Positions 10,207 to 21,780 of a DNA stretch of 64,000 nt are shown in pieces. Position numbers and translations under genes: made by a program. Source of the DNA: an uncultured Bifidobacterium sp. GTDB lineage: Bacteria > Actinomycetota > Actinomycetes > Actinomycetales > Bifidobacteriaceae. The DNA lies in the NCBI RefSeq assembly GCF_959020145.1, contig NZ_CAUEQY010000004.1, positions 13,433 to 77,432 on the forward strand, in the 5' to 3' direction. How positions within the stretch are numbered: the stretch's first letter is position 1; every line of letters begins with the position of its first letter. A model generated the notes under the pieces. That model ran no database searches and was not told where the DNA came from. It was given only the letters and a program-made list of their open reading frames with translations.

Positions 10207-11771
10207 CAGCCCTCGCAATCCCAACGATGCGCTTCAAGAGCATGCAGGATGACCTCGTCCATCTGCGTGATGTCGCCGGCGCCTACGGTGAAGATGACGT
10301 CGCCATGATGCGCGCGCATCACCATCATCTGGGCCGCGGTGTGCATGTCTTCGACGCCACGGATCCAGTCCTTGGCCGGTTCATGCTCAAGCTTGAGCGC
10401 CTCGTCCACGATGGTGGCCGGAGTCACGTCGGGGAAATCCTCCTGCTTCTCGCGCGCGGGGAAGATGCCGGTAACGATGACGTCATCGGTCTTGGCAAGC
10501 GCCTGCGCGAATTCAGAGCTGAAGAAACGCGTGCGGGAGAACAGGTGCGGCTGGAAGATCACACGGATCTTGGACTGCGGGTAGCGGCGACGGGCCGCAT
10601 CCAGCAGCGCAGCGATTTCGGTCGGATGATGCGCGTAATCATCGACGACCGTCACTTGGCTGACGGTGCCACGGACCTGGAAGCGGCGTGCGGCACCGAG
10701 GAACGAGGTGACCGCCGCGGAGGCACGTTCGACGTCCATGCCCAACAGCGCGGCCGCGATAATCGCCGCGGAGGCGTTGCGTGCGTTGTGGATGCCGGGA
10801 ACGGTAAGCGTCACGGCGATGCGGCGCTCCTCTTCGCCGATCAGTCCGCCCGGAATATGCAGCGTGAAATGTTCGGCGCCGCTTTCGGCGGTTTCGCTTT
10901 CCGATTCGATGCGTACCAGCGTGGCACCGTTCAGGTCGCCCAATTCGGCGGCGTTCCGTGTTGAATAGACGATCGTGCGTCCGGCCACGGTGGCGTCAAG
11001 CGCACGTAGCACGGCAAGGTTGCCTTCGTCGTCGCCGCACATGATTACGGCTTTGGTGGCGTGTCCGGCATGGTCCACGAATACGGCCCGATAATTGTCC
11101 TGCGTGCCGTAGTGGTCAAGGTGGTCGGCTTCGGAATTGGTGATGATGGCGATTTGCGGATGGTATTTGGCGAAGCTGCCGTCCGATTCGTCGGCCTCGG
11201 CCACCAGCACGTTGCCCTTGCCGGCATGGCCGCCGTCCAAAATGGCACCGTCTTTGCCTTGGATGGAACCGCCGATGGCGTAGCTCGGATCGGCGAGTTC
11301 GCCTTCTCCGGCGTTCACGAGAATGTGCGCCAGCATGGAGCTGGTCGTGGTCTTGCCGTGGGCGCCGGCCACGGTCACCGCACGTTTCGCGTTCATCAGC
11401 AGGGCGAGGATGTCGCTGCGGTGCACGATGCGCTCCCCTGCCTCATGCGCGGCGACGATTTCCGGATTGTCCGGCTTGATGGCGCTGGAGAACACGACGG
11501 TGTTCTTGCCTTCGACGTTCTTCGCCTGCTGGCCGAATTCGACGGTGATGCCGAGGCTTTGCAGACGGTCGGTTTTGGCGCTTGGCTCGCGGTCCGAACC
11601 ATCGACCTCGACACCCTGCTCATGCAGCATTTCAGCGAGCACGCTCATGCCTGCGCCACCAATGCCGATGAAATGCGTGGCACCTAGGTCATGCACCGTC
11701 TCTTCAGGTGCGAACGACGCATGGGTTGGGTCAAGAATTATGGTACCGGCTTCACGCTGGTTGTCAGACAC
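10206..11771 (-). CDS. murC: UDP-N-acetylmuramate--L-alanine ligase
   Basis: HFIGIGGAGMS, GAHGKTTTS, EADESDGSF, DDYAHHPTEI, FQPHLFSRT. Confidence 0.97.
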   Translation of the reverse strand: MSDNQREAGTIILDPTHASFAPEETVHDLGATHFIGIGGAGMSVLAEMLHEQGVEVDGSDREPSAKTDRLQSLGITVEFGQQAKNVEGKNTVVFSSAIKPDNPEIVAAHEAGERIVHRSDILALLMNAKRAVTVAGAHGKTTTSSMLAHILVNAGEGELADPSYAIGGSIQGKDGAILDGGHAGKGNVLVAEADESDGSFAKYHPQIAIITNSEADHLDHYGTQDNYRAVFVDHAGHATKAVIMCGDDEGNLAVLRALDATVAGRTIVYSTRNAAELGDLNGATLVRIESESETAESGAEHFTLHIPGGLIGEEERRIAVTLTVPGIHNARNASAAIIAAALLGMDVERASAAVTSFLGAARRFQVRGTVSQVTVVDDYAHHPTEIAALLDAARRRYPQSKIRVIFQPHLFSRTRFFSSEFAQALAKTDDVIVTGIFPAREKQEDFPDVTPATIVDEALKLEHEPAKDWIRGVEDMHTAAQMMVMRAHHGDVIFTVGAGDITQMDEVILHALEAHRWDCEG

Positions 11772-11860
11772 GATTGCTCCTCGTAAATTGTTTTCAAGCT
11801 CATTTCATTATGGCCGCACCCATGGTCTCCCACGGGGTGCGGCCATGATTGTTCGGCCGG

Positions 11861-13042
11861 TTAATCAGCTGGCTGATCGATTAGCGCGAGCACGCGCTTC
11901 GCCATGACTTCGGCGGCGTCGCGGATGCCGTATTTCCACGCGTTGGCACCGTATCGGGACAGCTTGTCCGGATCGGCAAGCAGTTCCGGCACATGGCCAC
12001 GGACCCAATCCGGGGTGAAATCGCCATCCGCCACCATCAAGCCCCCTTCCGCGTCGACCACGGGCTGCGCGTTGAAACGCTGCTCGCCATTGCCGATCGG
12101 CAGAGGCACGTAAATCGCCGGCAGTCCCAAAGCCGTCAGCTCGCTGACCGTGCCGGCTCCGGAACGGCAGATGATCAGATCGGCGCAGGCGAACGCCAGA
12201 TCGATGCGTTCCAGATAGGGAGCCACACGGTAGTCGCCATCCGAAACGTGGTCGGGGCCAAGCTCGCCGAGCACGTCCTCTCCGGCGCTTACCGACACCA
12301 AGGAACGCACTTCGTCGTCTTTGCCCTTACCGGTCAGATGAATCACCTGGGCGTGCGCAAGCAGATCCTTGGCGGAAGCGGCCACAGCCCTGTTCACGTT
12401 CACCGCGCCCAAGGATCCGCCGGTGATGACCACGAGCGGACGGTCCGGATCGACACCAAGCTGCGCCGCGGCGGCTTTACGAGTGGCGGTACGGTCATGT
12501 TCCAGATCGGACGCCAATCGTGCGATTGCCGGACGAAGCGGCAGGCCCACGCGTTCGACTTCGACGCCCCTGCGTGGTTTCAGTCCTGGCTGGGCGTATG
12601 CGGCACCGATCATGGACGCCCAACGCGCGCCCAGCTTGTTGGCCATGCCCGCACGTGCGTTCTGTTCGTGAATCGCAATCGGAATTCCCATGCTGTGCGC
12701 GGCCGCGTATACGGGTGCGGACGTGTATCCGCCGAAACCGACGACCACTTGGGCCTGATGCCGGGTGAGGATGTCACGTACTTTGGCCTTCTCGGCCTTC
12801 CATTTGGCTGGAAACTGCAACGCAGCCTTGTTGGGCCTGCGCGGGAACGGCACTTTTTCGATGGTTTCCAGTTCGAAACCGGCCTGCGGAACCAAATCAC
12901 GCTCCAGACCGACGGCGGTGCCCACCACCGCGATATCCGCTTCCGGTTCAAGCTCGCGAATCACATGCGCCACGGCGAGCAGAGGATTGACGTGGCCTGC
13001 CGTGCCGCCACCGGCAAGAACGATATGCTTCTGATTGCTCAT
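11861..13042 (-). CDS. murG: Undecaprenyl-PP-MurNAc-pentapeptide GlcNAc transferase
   Basis: [32 protein letters not shown]. Confidence 0.97.
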   Translation of the reverse strand: MSNQKHIVLAGGGTAGHVNPLLAVAHVIRELEPEADIAVVGTAVGLERDLVPQAGFELETIEKVPFPRRPNKAALQFPAKWKAEKAKVRDILTRHQAQVVVGFGGYTSAPVYAAAHSMGIPIAIHEQNARAGMANKLGARWASMIGAAYAQPGLKPRRGVEVERVGLPLRPAIARLASDLEHDRTATRKAAAAQLGVDPDRPLVVITGGSLGAVNVNRAVAASAKDLLAHAQVIHLTGKGKDDEVRSLVSVSAGEDVLGELGPDHVSDGDYRVAPYLERIDLAFACADLIICRSGAGTVSELTALGLPAIYVPLPIGNGEQRFNAQPVVDAEGGLMVADGDFTPDWVRGHVPELLADPDKLSRYGANAWKYGIRDAAEVMAKRVLALIDQPAD

Positions 13043-13163
13043 AATCCACGAGCTTAGCCCACCATGCGGCGGCAGGCCACGCGGCATACCGCCGCCGATG
13101 CAGATACTTACATTTCGTCTACTTTTCTTTTGCTTGCTTCGCAACTCGCATGACGGGAACCGA

Positions 13164-14417
13164 TTACAGTATGCGGTTCTCGGCTTTGACCTGCGGCTGC
13201 TCCTTCATCAGGCTGATGGCCACGCCGGCGGCCCCCAGACACATGATAAGAGACGATCCGCCTGCTGATACGAACGGCATCGGCACGCCCATGACCGGCA
13301 GCAGGCTGACGACGACGCCGATGTTGACAAACGCCTGGCCGACGATCCATACCGCGATGCACACCAACGCCATGGTGATGTACCGGTCGCGGACCTGCAC
13401 GGCCACCATCAGCATGCACCACGTCATGACGATGAACAGCAGAATCACCATGGCTGCTCCGACGAATCCGGTTTCCTCGCCGATGATGGCGAAGATGAAA
13501 TCGTTGTGCGCTTCGGGAAGATAGCCCCATTTCTCGCCGGAATTGCCGATGCCGACGCCCAACAAGCCGCCGGATGCGATCGCGTATTTGCCGTGGACCG
13601 CCTGATAGCACACGCCCTGCAGGTCGGACGGAGAGCAGGTCCGGTAGGCCGCCATGATGCGGCCGAGTCGGTTGGGGCTAGTCAGAATGAATCCGACGAT
13701 ACCGCATATGCCAAGCAGCGCGGCTCCGGCAAGCCATTTGCCGGGGAATCCGCCAAGCAGCAATGCAATGCCGCCAATTGCGAGAATAATCAAGCCCGTA
13801 CCAAGATCCTTGCCGGACATGACCAGGCAGAACGCGCACAGATAGCCGAGAATAAGCTTGGAGTACGCGCGGGGCGCGCCGACCTTCTTCACCTGCTTGC
13901 GCGCGTTGATCAGCTCGTTCGGCATCCAGATGCATAACGCCAGCTTGACGATTTCCGCGGGCTGCATGGTGAACACGCCCGGAATGCCGATCCATCCTTT
14001 GTTGCCGTTGACTTCGACGCCCAATGGCGTCAGTGTGGCGGCCTGCATGACCATGGCGCCAAGCAGGAACCAGAAGCTGATCTTTCGGTAGAAGCTGGCC
14101 GGCAGCATCATCGTGATGAATGCTATGACCAGGCCGAACACGCAGTACATGCCCTGTTTCAGCGCCTGCGCCCATGGCGACTGCCCGTTGGCGATCATGT
14201 TCACCGAAGAGCTGGAGAACACCATGATCACGCCGAAGATCGTGAGGATGATCACGCATAGGCGGAATCCGTGGAAGCACCATAACGGGTTGGCGAGATT
14301 ACGCGTTCCGCCGTTCTTCAACGGTTCTCGTGTCTGTGCCGCGGCGCCGTCCGTCATGTTCGGGCGGCTTGCGGAAGACGTGATGCTACGGCTGGCCTCA
14401 GGCTTCCCCATGCTCAT
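13164..14417 (-). CDS. ftsW: SEDS peptidoglycan glycosyltransferase FtsW
   Basis: [39 protein letters not shown]. Confidence 0.95.
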   Translation of the reverse strand: MSMGKPEASRSITSSASRPNMTDGAAAQTREPLKNGGTRNLANPLWCFHGFRLCVIILTIFGVIMVFSSSSVNMIANGQSPWAQALKQGMYCVFGLVIAFITMMLPASFYRKISFWFLLGAMVMQAATLTPLGVEVNGNKGWIGIPGVFTMQPAEIVKLALCIWMPNELINARKQVKKVGAPRAYSKLILGYLCAFCLVMSGKDLGTGLIILAIGGIALLLGGFPGKWLAGAALLGICGIVGFILTSPNRLGRIMAAYRTCSPSDLQGVCYQAVHGKYAIASGGLLGVGIGNSGEKWGYLPEAHNDFIFAIIGEETGFVGAAMVILLFIVMTWCMLMVAVQVRDRYITMALVCIAVWIVGQAFVNIGVVVSLLPVMGVPMPFVSAGGSSLIMCLGAAGVAISLMKEQPQVKAENRIL

Positions 14418-15840
14418 TCACCCAACGCTGAGCCTGCTGCGCGAACTGGTTTCCGCGATCGGCGTACGACTTGAACTGGTCCATGGACGCGCAGGCCGGA
14501 GCCATGAGCACCACATCGCCGGATTGCGCGTAGGTGCCGGCAGCGTCGATGGCGCGGGCCATGACGGTGTCGTTGTCCGTGGGATCGATGATGGACATGG
14601 GAATGTCGGGAGCGCTTGCCTTGAACGCGTCCAGCATTGGCTGCTGGTCCTTGCCGATGATGATGGCCGCCTTGATGGTGTGCGCCTGGTCGGCGACGAG
14701 CTGTTCGAAACGGCTTCCTTTGGCAAGTCCGCCGGCGATCCACACCACGGACTTGTCCGCGAAGCTGTTAAGCGACGCCTTGGCCGCATGCGCGTTGGTG
14801 GCTTTGGAGTCATCCACGAAACGGATGGTGCCACCGTCGGACGTTTTGGCGACGGCGACGGTCTGGATGCGGTGGCCGCCCGGCGTGAACTGCTTGAGCG
14901 CGGCCAACGCCTTGTCTTTGTCTGCTCCGAGACCCAACACCAGCGCCAACGCGGTCAGGGCGTCGGCGAGCAGATGCGGGTAGACCGTGCCATCCGGCTC
15001 GGTCAGATGCGTGAAATCGGTGACCTTCGCCACTTGGAACGGCTTTCCCGCTTCTCCGCCGCCAATGCCGGACATGTCGACGATCCAGCCATCTTTCACA
15101 CCGATCTGCCCGTCCTTCGGCTCGGCCAACGTGAAGCCGATCCGGCGGCATTCCGGCGCGGTCTGGGCCGCGAACGCCAGTTTGGTGACGCGTTCGTCGT
15201 CGGCGTTGTAGACCAGCGCCTTCTTGACGTTGTGGAACACCTTCGCCTTGTCGGCGGCATAGTTCTCGATGCCGCCATGCCAATCGAGATGGTCGTCGGC
15301 GATGTTGGTGATCGCCGCGCAGTCGAGTTCCAGAGAATAGGTGAAATGCAGCTGGAACGAGCTCAGTTCGACGCAGAGCACGTCGTTCGCGGGGTCGACG
15401 GCGGCATGCGACACGGCTTTGCCGATGTTGCCGACGGCGGGAGCGGCCAGGCCGCATGCGGTCAGCATTTCGGAGGTCATTTCCGTGGTCGAGGTCTTGC
15501 CGTTGGTGCCGGTGATGCCGATCCACTGCGCCGGCTTGCCGGTGGTGTTGCTGTTCACGCGCAGCTGCCAGGCCAGTTCGACTTCGCTCATGACCGGTAT
15601 GTTGCGTTTCTGCGCCTCAAGGATGAATGGCGTGCGCGGGTTGAAGACCGGCGAGGTCATCACCATGTCGGTATTGTCCCAATCGATTTGGTCGAAGGAA
15701 TGCAGGTCGGCGTCCGGCTTCTTCTCATCCACGCCCAGCACTCTGCCGGCACGGGAGCCCAGCACTTCCATCATGCTTTGCCCGGAGACACCGAGACCAG
15801 CCACGATTACGGTCTTGCCATCCATATTCATATCCATCAC
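14398..15840 (-). CDS. murD: UDP-MurNAc-L-Ala--D-glutamate ligase (start could be 15831-15840)
   Basis: [40 protein letters not shown]. Confidence 0.96.
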   Translation of the reverse strand: MMDMNMDGKTVIVAGLGVSGQSMMEVLGSRAGRVLGVDEKKPDADLHSFDQIDWDNTDMVMTSPVFNPRTPFILEAQKRNIPVMSEVELAWQLRVNSNTTGKPAQWIGITGTNGKTSTTEMTSEMLTACGLAAPAVGNIGKAVSHAAVDPANDVLCVELSSFQLHFTYSLELDCAAITNIADDHLDWHGGIENYAADKAKVFHNVKKALVYNADDERVTKLAFAAQTAPECRRIGFTLAEPKDGQIGVKDGWIVDMSGIGGGEAGKPFQVAKVTDFTHLTEPDGTVYPHLLADALTALALVLGLGADKDKALAALKQFTPGGHRIQTVAVAKTSDGGTIRFVDDSKATNAHAAKASLNSFADKSVVWIAGGLAKGSRFEQLVADQAHTIKAAIIIGKDQQPMLDAFKASAPDIPMSIIDPTDNDTVMARAIDAAGTYAQSGDVVLMAPACASMDQFKSYADRGNQFAQQAQRWVNEHGEA

Positions 15841-15913
15841 CCTTCAATCGGAAACGTCATTTGCCGTGATAGCACACTCATATTGCGGGCGTAAAGCCGC
15901 GCCCGCAATCGTG

Positions 15914-17011
15914 TCATAGGCCGGAACGGGCCACCCAATCGCCGTAGAACAGCACCAAGGCGATCAGCACGAACAGCATCTCGATCATCCAGAACCGGAC
16001 CACGACCTTCACTTCCGGCCAGCCCTTCAATTCGAAATGATGATGGATCGGAGCCATCTTGAAAACGCGCTTGTGGGTCATCTTGAAGTAGCCGACCTGG
16101 ATGATGTCGCTCATGGTCTCGATGACGAACAGACCGCCAAGGATGATCGCCAGGAATTCGGTGTGCGTGGCGATGGACATGGCTGCGAACAGACCGCCAA
16201 GCGCCAAGGAGCCGGTGTCTCCCATGAAGATGGAGGCCGGATTGGAGTTGTACCACAGGAAGCCGAAGCAGGCTACGGCCGCGCACGCCGCGATGATGGT
16301 CAGGTCAAGAGGATCGGACACCGCATAGGTGAAGCCTGGATGGTCCGAACCCTTGAGGTGGTAGAACTCCCAGAACGCGATGATCGCATAGCCGATGAAG
16401 GCGATCATCGAGGAGCCGGCGGCCAAGCCGTCAAGACCGTCGGTCAGATTGATGGCGTTGGTCCATGCGGTCATCAGGAAATTCACCCAGATCACGAACA
16501 GCACGATGGCCACGACACGACCGGCGAATTCAAAGCTGAAGAACGGCTTTTCGATGAAGCTCATGCCGGCCTGGGCGCTGGGGAAGCCGGATTTGGTCGG
16601 CAGAATCAGCGCCAGCACCGCGTATATGGTGGCGAGGATGAACTGTCCGATGAACTTGCCCTTGACGGTCAGTCCCTCGCTCTGCTTCTTGCGGACCTTC
16701 GCGAAATCGTCGATGAATCCCAAGAATCCCATCGACAGCATGGCGAACAGCACCAACACCGCGGACCACGACGGCACCTCTCCCCTGGTGAGGAACCGAT
16801 ACAGTGCCGAGGAGCACCAGCCGAGCACCACCGCGAGGTTGATGACCACGCCGCCAAGCGTCGGCGTGCCGCGCTTGACGAGATGCGACTTCGGGCCATC
16901 CTGACGGATGTACTGTCCGTAATTGAGCTTGTGCACCAACTTAATCAGCAGCGGAGTGCCCACAATCGTCACGACGAGCGACACCATAATGCCGATGATG
17001 AGTGAAATCAC
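15914..17011 (-). CDS. mraY: Phospho-N-acetylmuramoyl-pentapeptide transferase
   Basis: KRGTPTLGG, NLTDGLDGL, IFMGDTGS, MAPIHHHFEL. Confidence 0.97.
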   Translation of the reverse strand: MISLIIGIMVSLVVTIVGTPLLIKLVHKLNYGQYIRQDGPKSHLVKRGTPTLGGVVINLAVVLGWCSSALYRFLTRGEVPSWSAVLVLFAMLSMGFLGFIDDFAKVRKKQSEGLTVKGKFIGQFILATIYAVLALILPTKSGFPSAQAGMSFIEKPFFSFEFAGRVVAIVLFVIWVNFLMTAWTNAINLTDGLDGLAAGSSMIAFIGYAIIAFWEFYHLKGSDHPGFTYAVSDPLDLTIIAACAAVACFGFLWYNSNPASIFMGDTGSLALGGLFAAMSIATHTEFLAIILGGLFVIETMSDIIQVGYFKMTHKRVFKMAPIHHHFELKGWPEVKVVVRFWMIEMLFVLIALVLFYGDWVARSGL

Positions 17012-17060
17012 CTGATCTTCTCCGTTTCAGTCAGCTATGATCGGCACGACGCCGATTCCG

Positions 17061-18545
17061 TCAGTTTTGCGTCCAACGCTCCGCCAGAGCGCTCAATCCG
17101 GACGCGTGGGATCCTTTCAGCAACACCACTGTACCCTCATGGTCGGTCGCAAGCCGGGTGACCATTCGGTCGGCCTGTTCGGCATCATGCGCCCATTGCA
17201 CCATCGTCGGGTCGGCGGCAACCGCCTTGCCGCCCTGCGCCATGGCCTCGGCAAGCGCGTCCAACGCCTCGTCGGAAGTGCTGCCGACCGTCACAAGCGC
17301 GTCCGCACCGCCCTCGACGGCGTATCTGCCGACGTCCTCATGCAGGCGATGCTCATCCGGTCCGAGCTCCAGCATGGCTCCGAGAACCGCTATTCTGAAC
17401 GGCTGCTGCTCGGCGCCGGCATGCCAGCGCGACAGGCCATCGAGTCCGGCCTTCATGGAATCGGGGTTGGCGTTGAACGAATCGTCGATCAGTGTGAACG
17501 ACGTTTCGGGCTTGGTGACGGTGGACACCGCCATGCGATGCGGGCTGATGCTCGTCACGTCGGATAGGCCGGAGGCCACGTCGTCAATCGGCATGCCCAA
17601 CGTCATCGCCACCGTGGCTGCGGCAAGCGCGTTCATGACGTTGTGCTGTCCGCAGATGCCGAGCGTGACGTTGGCGTGCCGGCCTGTCTTGTCTTCCAGT
17701 ACGAATGACGGATGGTCGAGATCGTCGCAGCGCACGTCGAGCGCGGTCGTGTCCAGTTGCGCGTCTTCTTTCTGCGGCAGGCCGAACCACAGCACATCGG
17801 CCGGAGCGATGGCGCTCATCGCGGCCACATGTTCGTCGTTGGCGTTGAGGATGGTCAGGCCGCCCGGCACCAGTCCGCGTACGATTTCCGATTTGGCTTG
17901 GGCGATGCGTTCCGCAGAGCCGAATTCTCCCAGATGCGCCACGCCCACCTTGAGCACCACGGCGATGTCCGGCGGAACCAGGGAGGTGAGGTTGGCGATT
18001 TCGCCCACGTGATTGGCGCCCATTTCCGCCACCAGGAAACGCGTGCCGGCGTTCACCTTGAGCGACGTCAGCGGCAGGCCGATCTCATTGTTGAACGATC
18101 CGACCGGAGCGACGGTGTCGCCCATTTTGGACAGCAGCGATTTGAGCAGATCCTTGGTGGTGGTTTTGCCGACGGAACCGGTGATGCCGATGACGGTGAA
18201 CGGCGATTCCAGCGCGCGCCGACGCTCGATATTATGCTTGGCGAGCGCTCCCAACGCCTTGACGGTGTTTTCTACGACGATCTGCGGCACCTGCGCGCCC
18301 GCGATTTCGTGGTCGACCAGTGCGGCCACAGCCCCCTGCGCGCCGACCTTCGGCACGAAATCATGACCGTCGACGCGTTCGCCGGCAATCGCCACGAAAA
18401 CGGATCCCGGCACGATCTGGCGCGAATCCGTGAAGGCGCTGATGGCCACCGGTTCGTCGGTCGGCACGGTCATCGGCATCAACCGTCCATCAACCGCCTG
18501 CGCGATCTCCGTCAGGCTCATCGGCATCATGGTCGGGCTGCTCAC
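17061..18545 (-). CDS. murF: UDP-MurNAc-tripeptide--D-Ala-D-Ala ligase
   Basis: DSR, ITGSVGKTTTK, SFNNEIGLP, DDSFNANPDSM, KGS. Confidence 0.96.
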   Translation of the reverse strand: MSSPTMMPMSLTEIAQAVDGRLMPMTVPTDEPVAISAFTDSRQIVPGSVFVAIAGERVDGHDFVPKVGAQGAVAALVDHEIAGAQVPQIVVENTVKALGALAKHNIERRRALESPFTVIGITGSVGKTTTKDLLKSLLSKMGDTVAPVGSFNNEIGLPLTSLKVNAGTRFLVAEMGANHVGEIANLTSLVPPDIAVVLKVGVAHLGEFGSAERIAQAKSEIVRGLVPGGLTILNANDEHVAAMSAIAPADVLWFGLPQKEDAQLDTTALDVRCDDLDHPSFVLEDKTGRHANVTLGICGQHNVMNALAAATVAMTLGMPIDDVASGLSDVTSISPHRMAVSTVTKPETSFTLIDDSFNANPDSMKAGLDGLSRWHAGAEQQPFRIAVLGAMLELGPDEHRLHEDVGRYAVEGGADALVTVGSTSDEALDALAEAMAQGGKAVAADPTMVQWAHDAEQADRMVTRLATDHEGTVVLLKGSHASGLSALAERWTQN

Positions 18546-18605
18546 TGTCGTTACTCCTCTAATGGTTGGGTTTGTGTTTGATGTGGAGAATGTTTCGTTC
18601 CACGT

Positions 18606-19484
18606 TTAGTTCAGGTCACGCGAGACGCGTAACGCGCTTTTGATGTTGGCTTTCCTCACGCCGGCGGCCAGCACCATGGCGATGGACAGGGACAGCGAAC
18701 GGCTGTCCGTCTGGCCGTATGCCGTCGCGGCCTGCGCCGCAAGCAGGTCGGATTCCTGGGTTCGTCCCGCGATGCGGGTCTGTTTGCCGACCGCGCATCC
18801 GAATTTTGCGACGAGTTTCGCAACCTCGGCATCGCTCAAACCATTGTCATCGCAGGCAAGCACATCGACGCTGACCGATTGCAACGCGTCCTCACGCAGG
18901 GTCTCTTCATCCAACGCGAGGATCACAGCGGCTGCGCCGTCTTCGGCGCACACCGCCATGGTACGTTGCACATCGATGGCCGACAGAGGATATTCCAGAT
19001 TGAGGAAGCGTTCCAATGACTGTGAATCGGACGAGCTGATCACGCCGACGGGGTTGCCCAGCATGTGCAGGAAATCCGCGAGGTTCCTCACTTCGGATTC
19101 CACGATCTCCCTGTTCTTCCCCGTGATGGCGAATACGGCCAATGCGTCGGACGGATTGCCGGCCATGTCGCTCACCAGTTTGCCGAGCTGTCCCATGGTG
19201 GGTTCGGCGTAGATGAGCGGAATCTGGATGTCGTCGGTTTGACCGCGCAGCGCATGGGGCACAATCGCGCCATATGCTCCCTGCTCCTGAGCCTGCGACA
19301 ACTGGTGCACGTCCACATCGGCGGACGGGACGAACAGTGCGCCGGGACGCACCGATTCGACATCATCCGCGATGGAAGTGATCGTCACTTCAGCCGCCGA
19401 CGTCGGATCAAGATCGAAACCGTATCGGCTGGCAAGCAGCCCTAAAGTCATTCGTCTGTTCATGGATTCGCTGACCGCGCTCAC
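18606..19484 (-). CDS. Short degenerate MurE-like protein (Mur ligase N-terminal and partial central domain)
   Basis: Occupies the murE slot between ftsI and murF. VRPGALFV and GNPS..LAVFAITG resemble MurE, but the P-loop reads GKNREIV and the protein is only 292 aa. Confidence 0.7.
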   Translation of the reverse strand: MSAVSESMNRRMTLGLLASRYGFDLDPTSAAEVTITSIADDVESVRPGALFVPSADVDVHQLSQAQEQGAYGAIVPHALRGQTDDIQIPLIYAEPTMGQLGKLVSDMAGNPSDALAVFAITGKNREIVESEVRNLADFLHMLGNPVGVISSSDSQSLERFLNLEYPLSAIDVQRTMAVCAEDGAAAVILALDEETLREDALQSVSVDVLACDDNGLSDAEVAKLVAKFGCAVGKQTRIAGRTQESDLLAAQAATAYGQTDSRSLSLSIAMVLAAGVRKANIKSALRVSRDLN

Positions 19485-19518
19485 CTTTCCGCCCCTCCGT
19501 GTCTGAATACGTATTCGC

Positions 19519-21321
19519 TCACCAATTCACCGGAATAGCATCCGTGCGAGGTGAAGACGCCGGCACTTCATACTTCTGCATAAGGAATTCACCAATCTCC
19601 GCGGTGACAGGACCCGCCGTCAAACCGCCGAAGCTGCCTTGGGGGTCTTTGAGCACCACGGTGATGACGAAGCGTGGATTATCCGCGGGAATGATCGTCG
19701 AGTAATCGCTGATGATCGAGGTCAGTTGGCCGTTCGCTCCGGCGACTTCTGCTGTGCCTGATTTCGCCGCCATACGATAGCCGTCGACCTTCACGAAAGT
19801 GTTGTAGTGTTCAGCGGACGATTCCATGGCGTTGAGCATCTGGCTCGCCACGGATTCGTCGATGACGCGTGTCGCCTCGCCCTTGGACTGCTGCTCTTCG
19901 ACATGCCCCGCGGTGTCGGTGATGGACTTGATGATGCGTTGCGGCTTTTTGACGCCCTTGTTGGCTATCACCGAAACCGCGTTGGTCAGCTGCATGACGT
20001 TCACCGTGTACCCTTGACCGAACAGCACGGTGTTGCGGGTTCGCCTGTCCCAGCTATCCGAGGGGTGCAGCACGCCTTCGGATTCGCCTGGCAGGTTCAG
20101 TCCTGTGGCCTGTCCGATACCGAATTTGCTGATGAAGTTGTACCGCTGCTCGTTGGTCATCTTGTCTCCGGCAATGACCATGCCAACGTTCGACGACTGT
20201 TCGAGGATGCCGGCGAGCGTCCAATGTTCGTTGCCATGGTCCACCGCGTCCTTATAGGTCTGTCCTTCCACGGTCACCGTGTTCGGTACCGTGAATTTGT
20301 CATCGACCTTGTGCAATCCCAGTTGCAGCATGCCCGACATGGCCAGCACCTTGCCGATGGAGCCAGGTTCGAAGGTCTCGCTCACCGCCCGGGAGGCGCC
20401 CATCTTCGCCTGGTCGCTTCCGGCCTCGGTCGTATCGCTGTCCGCCAAAGCGAGGATGTCGCCCGACTGCACGTCCTGGACCATGGCGATGCCCCAAGCG
20501 GAATGGTATTTGTTTTCGCTGTCGCTCAGCACTTTCTCGGTGTACCACTGCACATCCCGATCGATGGTGAGGGTGACGTCGGATCCGTTGACCGCGTCTT
20601 TGGATTCGGTCATGGTTCCGGGGATTTCGACGCCGCTGTTGCCCTGTTGGTACACCTGGTAGCCGTCACGGCCCGTCAATGTCTTGTTTTCCATCTGCTC
20701 GATGCCGGCCACGCCCTTGCCGTCGGCGTCGACACCACCCAATAGCGAACCCATCAAAGTGCCGTTGGAGTACAGACGTTCGTTGCTTAGTTCCGCGTAG
20801 ACGATGCCGCCGAGGTTCAGCTTGGAGATTTTACGCTTGACCGCAGGCGTCACGTCCTTCTTCAATACCACGTATTGCCCGCTGATCGACAGTTTGGCGC
20901 CCAGTTCCGTGGCGTCCATGCCCAATACGGGGGCCAGCAGACGAGCCACGGCTGCGGCTCCCGTCACGCCGACCGGCTTGCCGTTGATCTGGTGGCAGTT
21001 GCTGCCGGTCTGTTTGGTGCAGGTGGTCGGTATGAACGCCTGCGCCTGTTCGGGGTTGCCGATGATGGTGTAGCGTTCGACACTTTGCGCGAGAATCGCG
21101 CCATTGGTATCCATGATCTTGCCGCGTCGAGCCTTCAACGTCACGGTGGTGGTGCGGCTTTGCGCCGCGGCCTGCGCCATCCCTTTGCCGTTGACCAGTT
21201 GAATATTGGCAAGTTGGATAAGGCAGGTGGTGCCCATCAGCGCCAGAACGACGCCGATGGCCATGGTTTTCGTCAACAGGTTCTTGTGGAAGAACGTGTA
21301 GATCCTGCGGATAGGGTTCAC
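19519..21321 (-). CDS. ftsI: Class B penicillin-binding protein (FtsI/PBP3)
   Basis: RGKIMDTNG, GSDVTLTID, catalytic motifs EPGSIGK, SSN, KSGTA. Confidence 0.95.
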   Translation of the reverse strand: MNPIRRIYTFFHKNLLTKTMAIGVVLALMGTTCLIQLANIQLVNGKGMAQAAAQSRTTTVTLKARRGKIMDTNGAILAQSVERYTIIGNPEQAQAFIPTTCTKQTGSNCHQINGKPVGVTGAAAVARLLAPVLGMDATELGAKLSISGQYVVLKKDVTPAVKRKISKLNLGGIVYAELSNERLYSNGTLMGSLLGGVDADGKGVAGIEQMENKTLTGRDGYQVYQQGNSGVEIPGTMTESKDAVNGSDVTLTIDRDVQWYTEKVLSDSENKYHSAWGIAMVQDVQSGDILALADSDTTEAGSDQAKMGASRAVSETFEPGSIGKVLAMSGMLQLGLHKVDDKFTVPNTVTVEGQTYKDAVDHGNEHWTLAGILEQSSNVGMVIAGDKMTNEQRYNFISKFGIGQATGLNLPGESEGVLHPSDSWDRRTRNTVLFGQGYTVNVMQLTNAVSVIANKGVKKPQRIIKSITDTAGHVEEQQSKGEATRVIDESVASQMLNAMESSAEHYNTFVKVDGYRMAAKSGTAEVAGANGQLTSIISDYSTIIPADNPRFVITVVLKDPQGSFGGLTAGPVTAEIGEFLMQKYEVPASSPRTDAIPVNW

Positions 21322-21779
21322 CGGGTCTTGTCTCCACTTGCGTTTGCCTGATAGCCGTTCAGATCGATGGTCAATGCGCCTTTCTGCGGGACCATGCCCA
21401 TCTCTTCGGCCTTGCTCGGCAATGAGGCGTCAAGTTCGTCGAGCTTGGCCTGATCGTCCTCGACGTCCTGGGTCAGCTGGGTGATATGCGTTTCGATTTG
21501 GCTCGCCTCGAAGGAATTCTGCACCATTTGGGTACGCAGCATCAGTGAGCCCAGCAGGCATACACCAAGGAACACCGCGGCGATGACCAGGTGCAGCAGC
21601 GGCGTGCTGCGGGTCCGCGTCCATGTGATGAGTTGTTCGAAGCCGTGACGGATGCCGTTGCCTTCGACTCTGGTCCCTTTGATGACGTGCAGTTCGGGAC
21701 GCGTGGTGCCGATGGTCTCGGTCTGGCTTTTGCGGCCGGCCGGAGCCGCATTCGAAGCGATCGTTCTTGGTGCCGCCAC
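21318..21779 (-). CDS. ftsL: Cell division protein FtsL-like
   Basis: Single TM plus coiled coil ending AEEMGMVP; lies between rsmH and ftsI. Confidence 0.75.
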   Translation of the reverse strand: MAAPRTIASNAAPAGRKSQTETIGTTRPELHVIKGTRVEGNGIRHGFEQLITWTRTRSTPLLHLVIAAVFLGVCLLGSLMLRTQMVQNSFEASQIETHITQLTQDVEDDQAKLDELDASLPSKAEEMGMVPQKGALTIDLNGYQANASGDKTR

Positions 21780-21780
21780 T

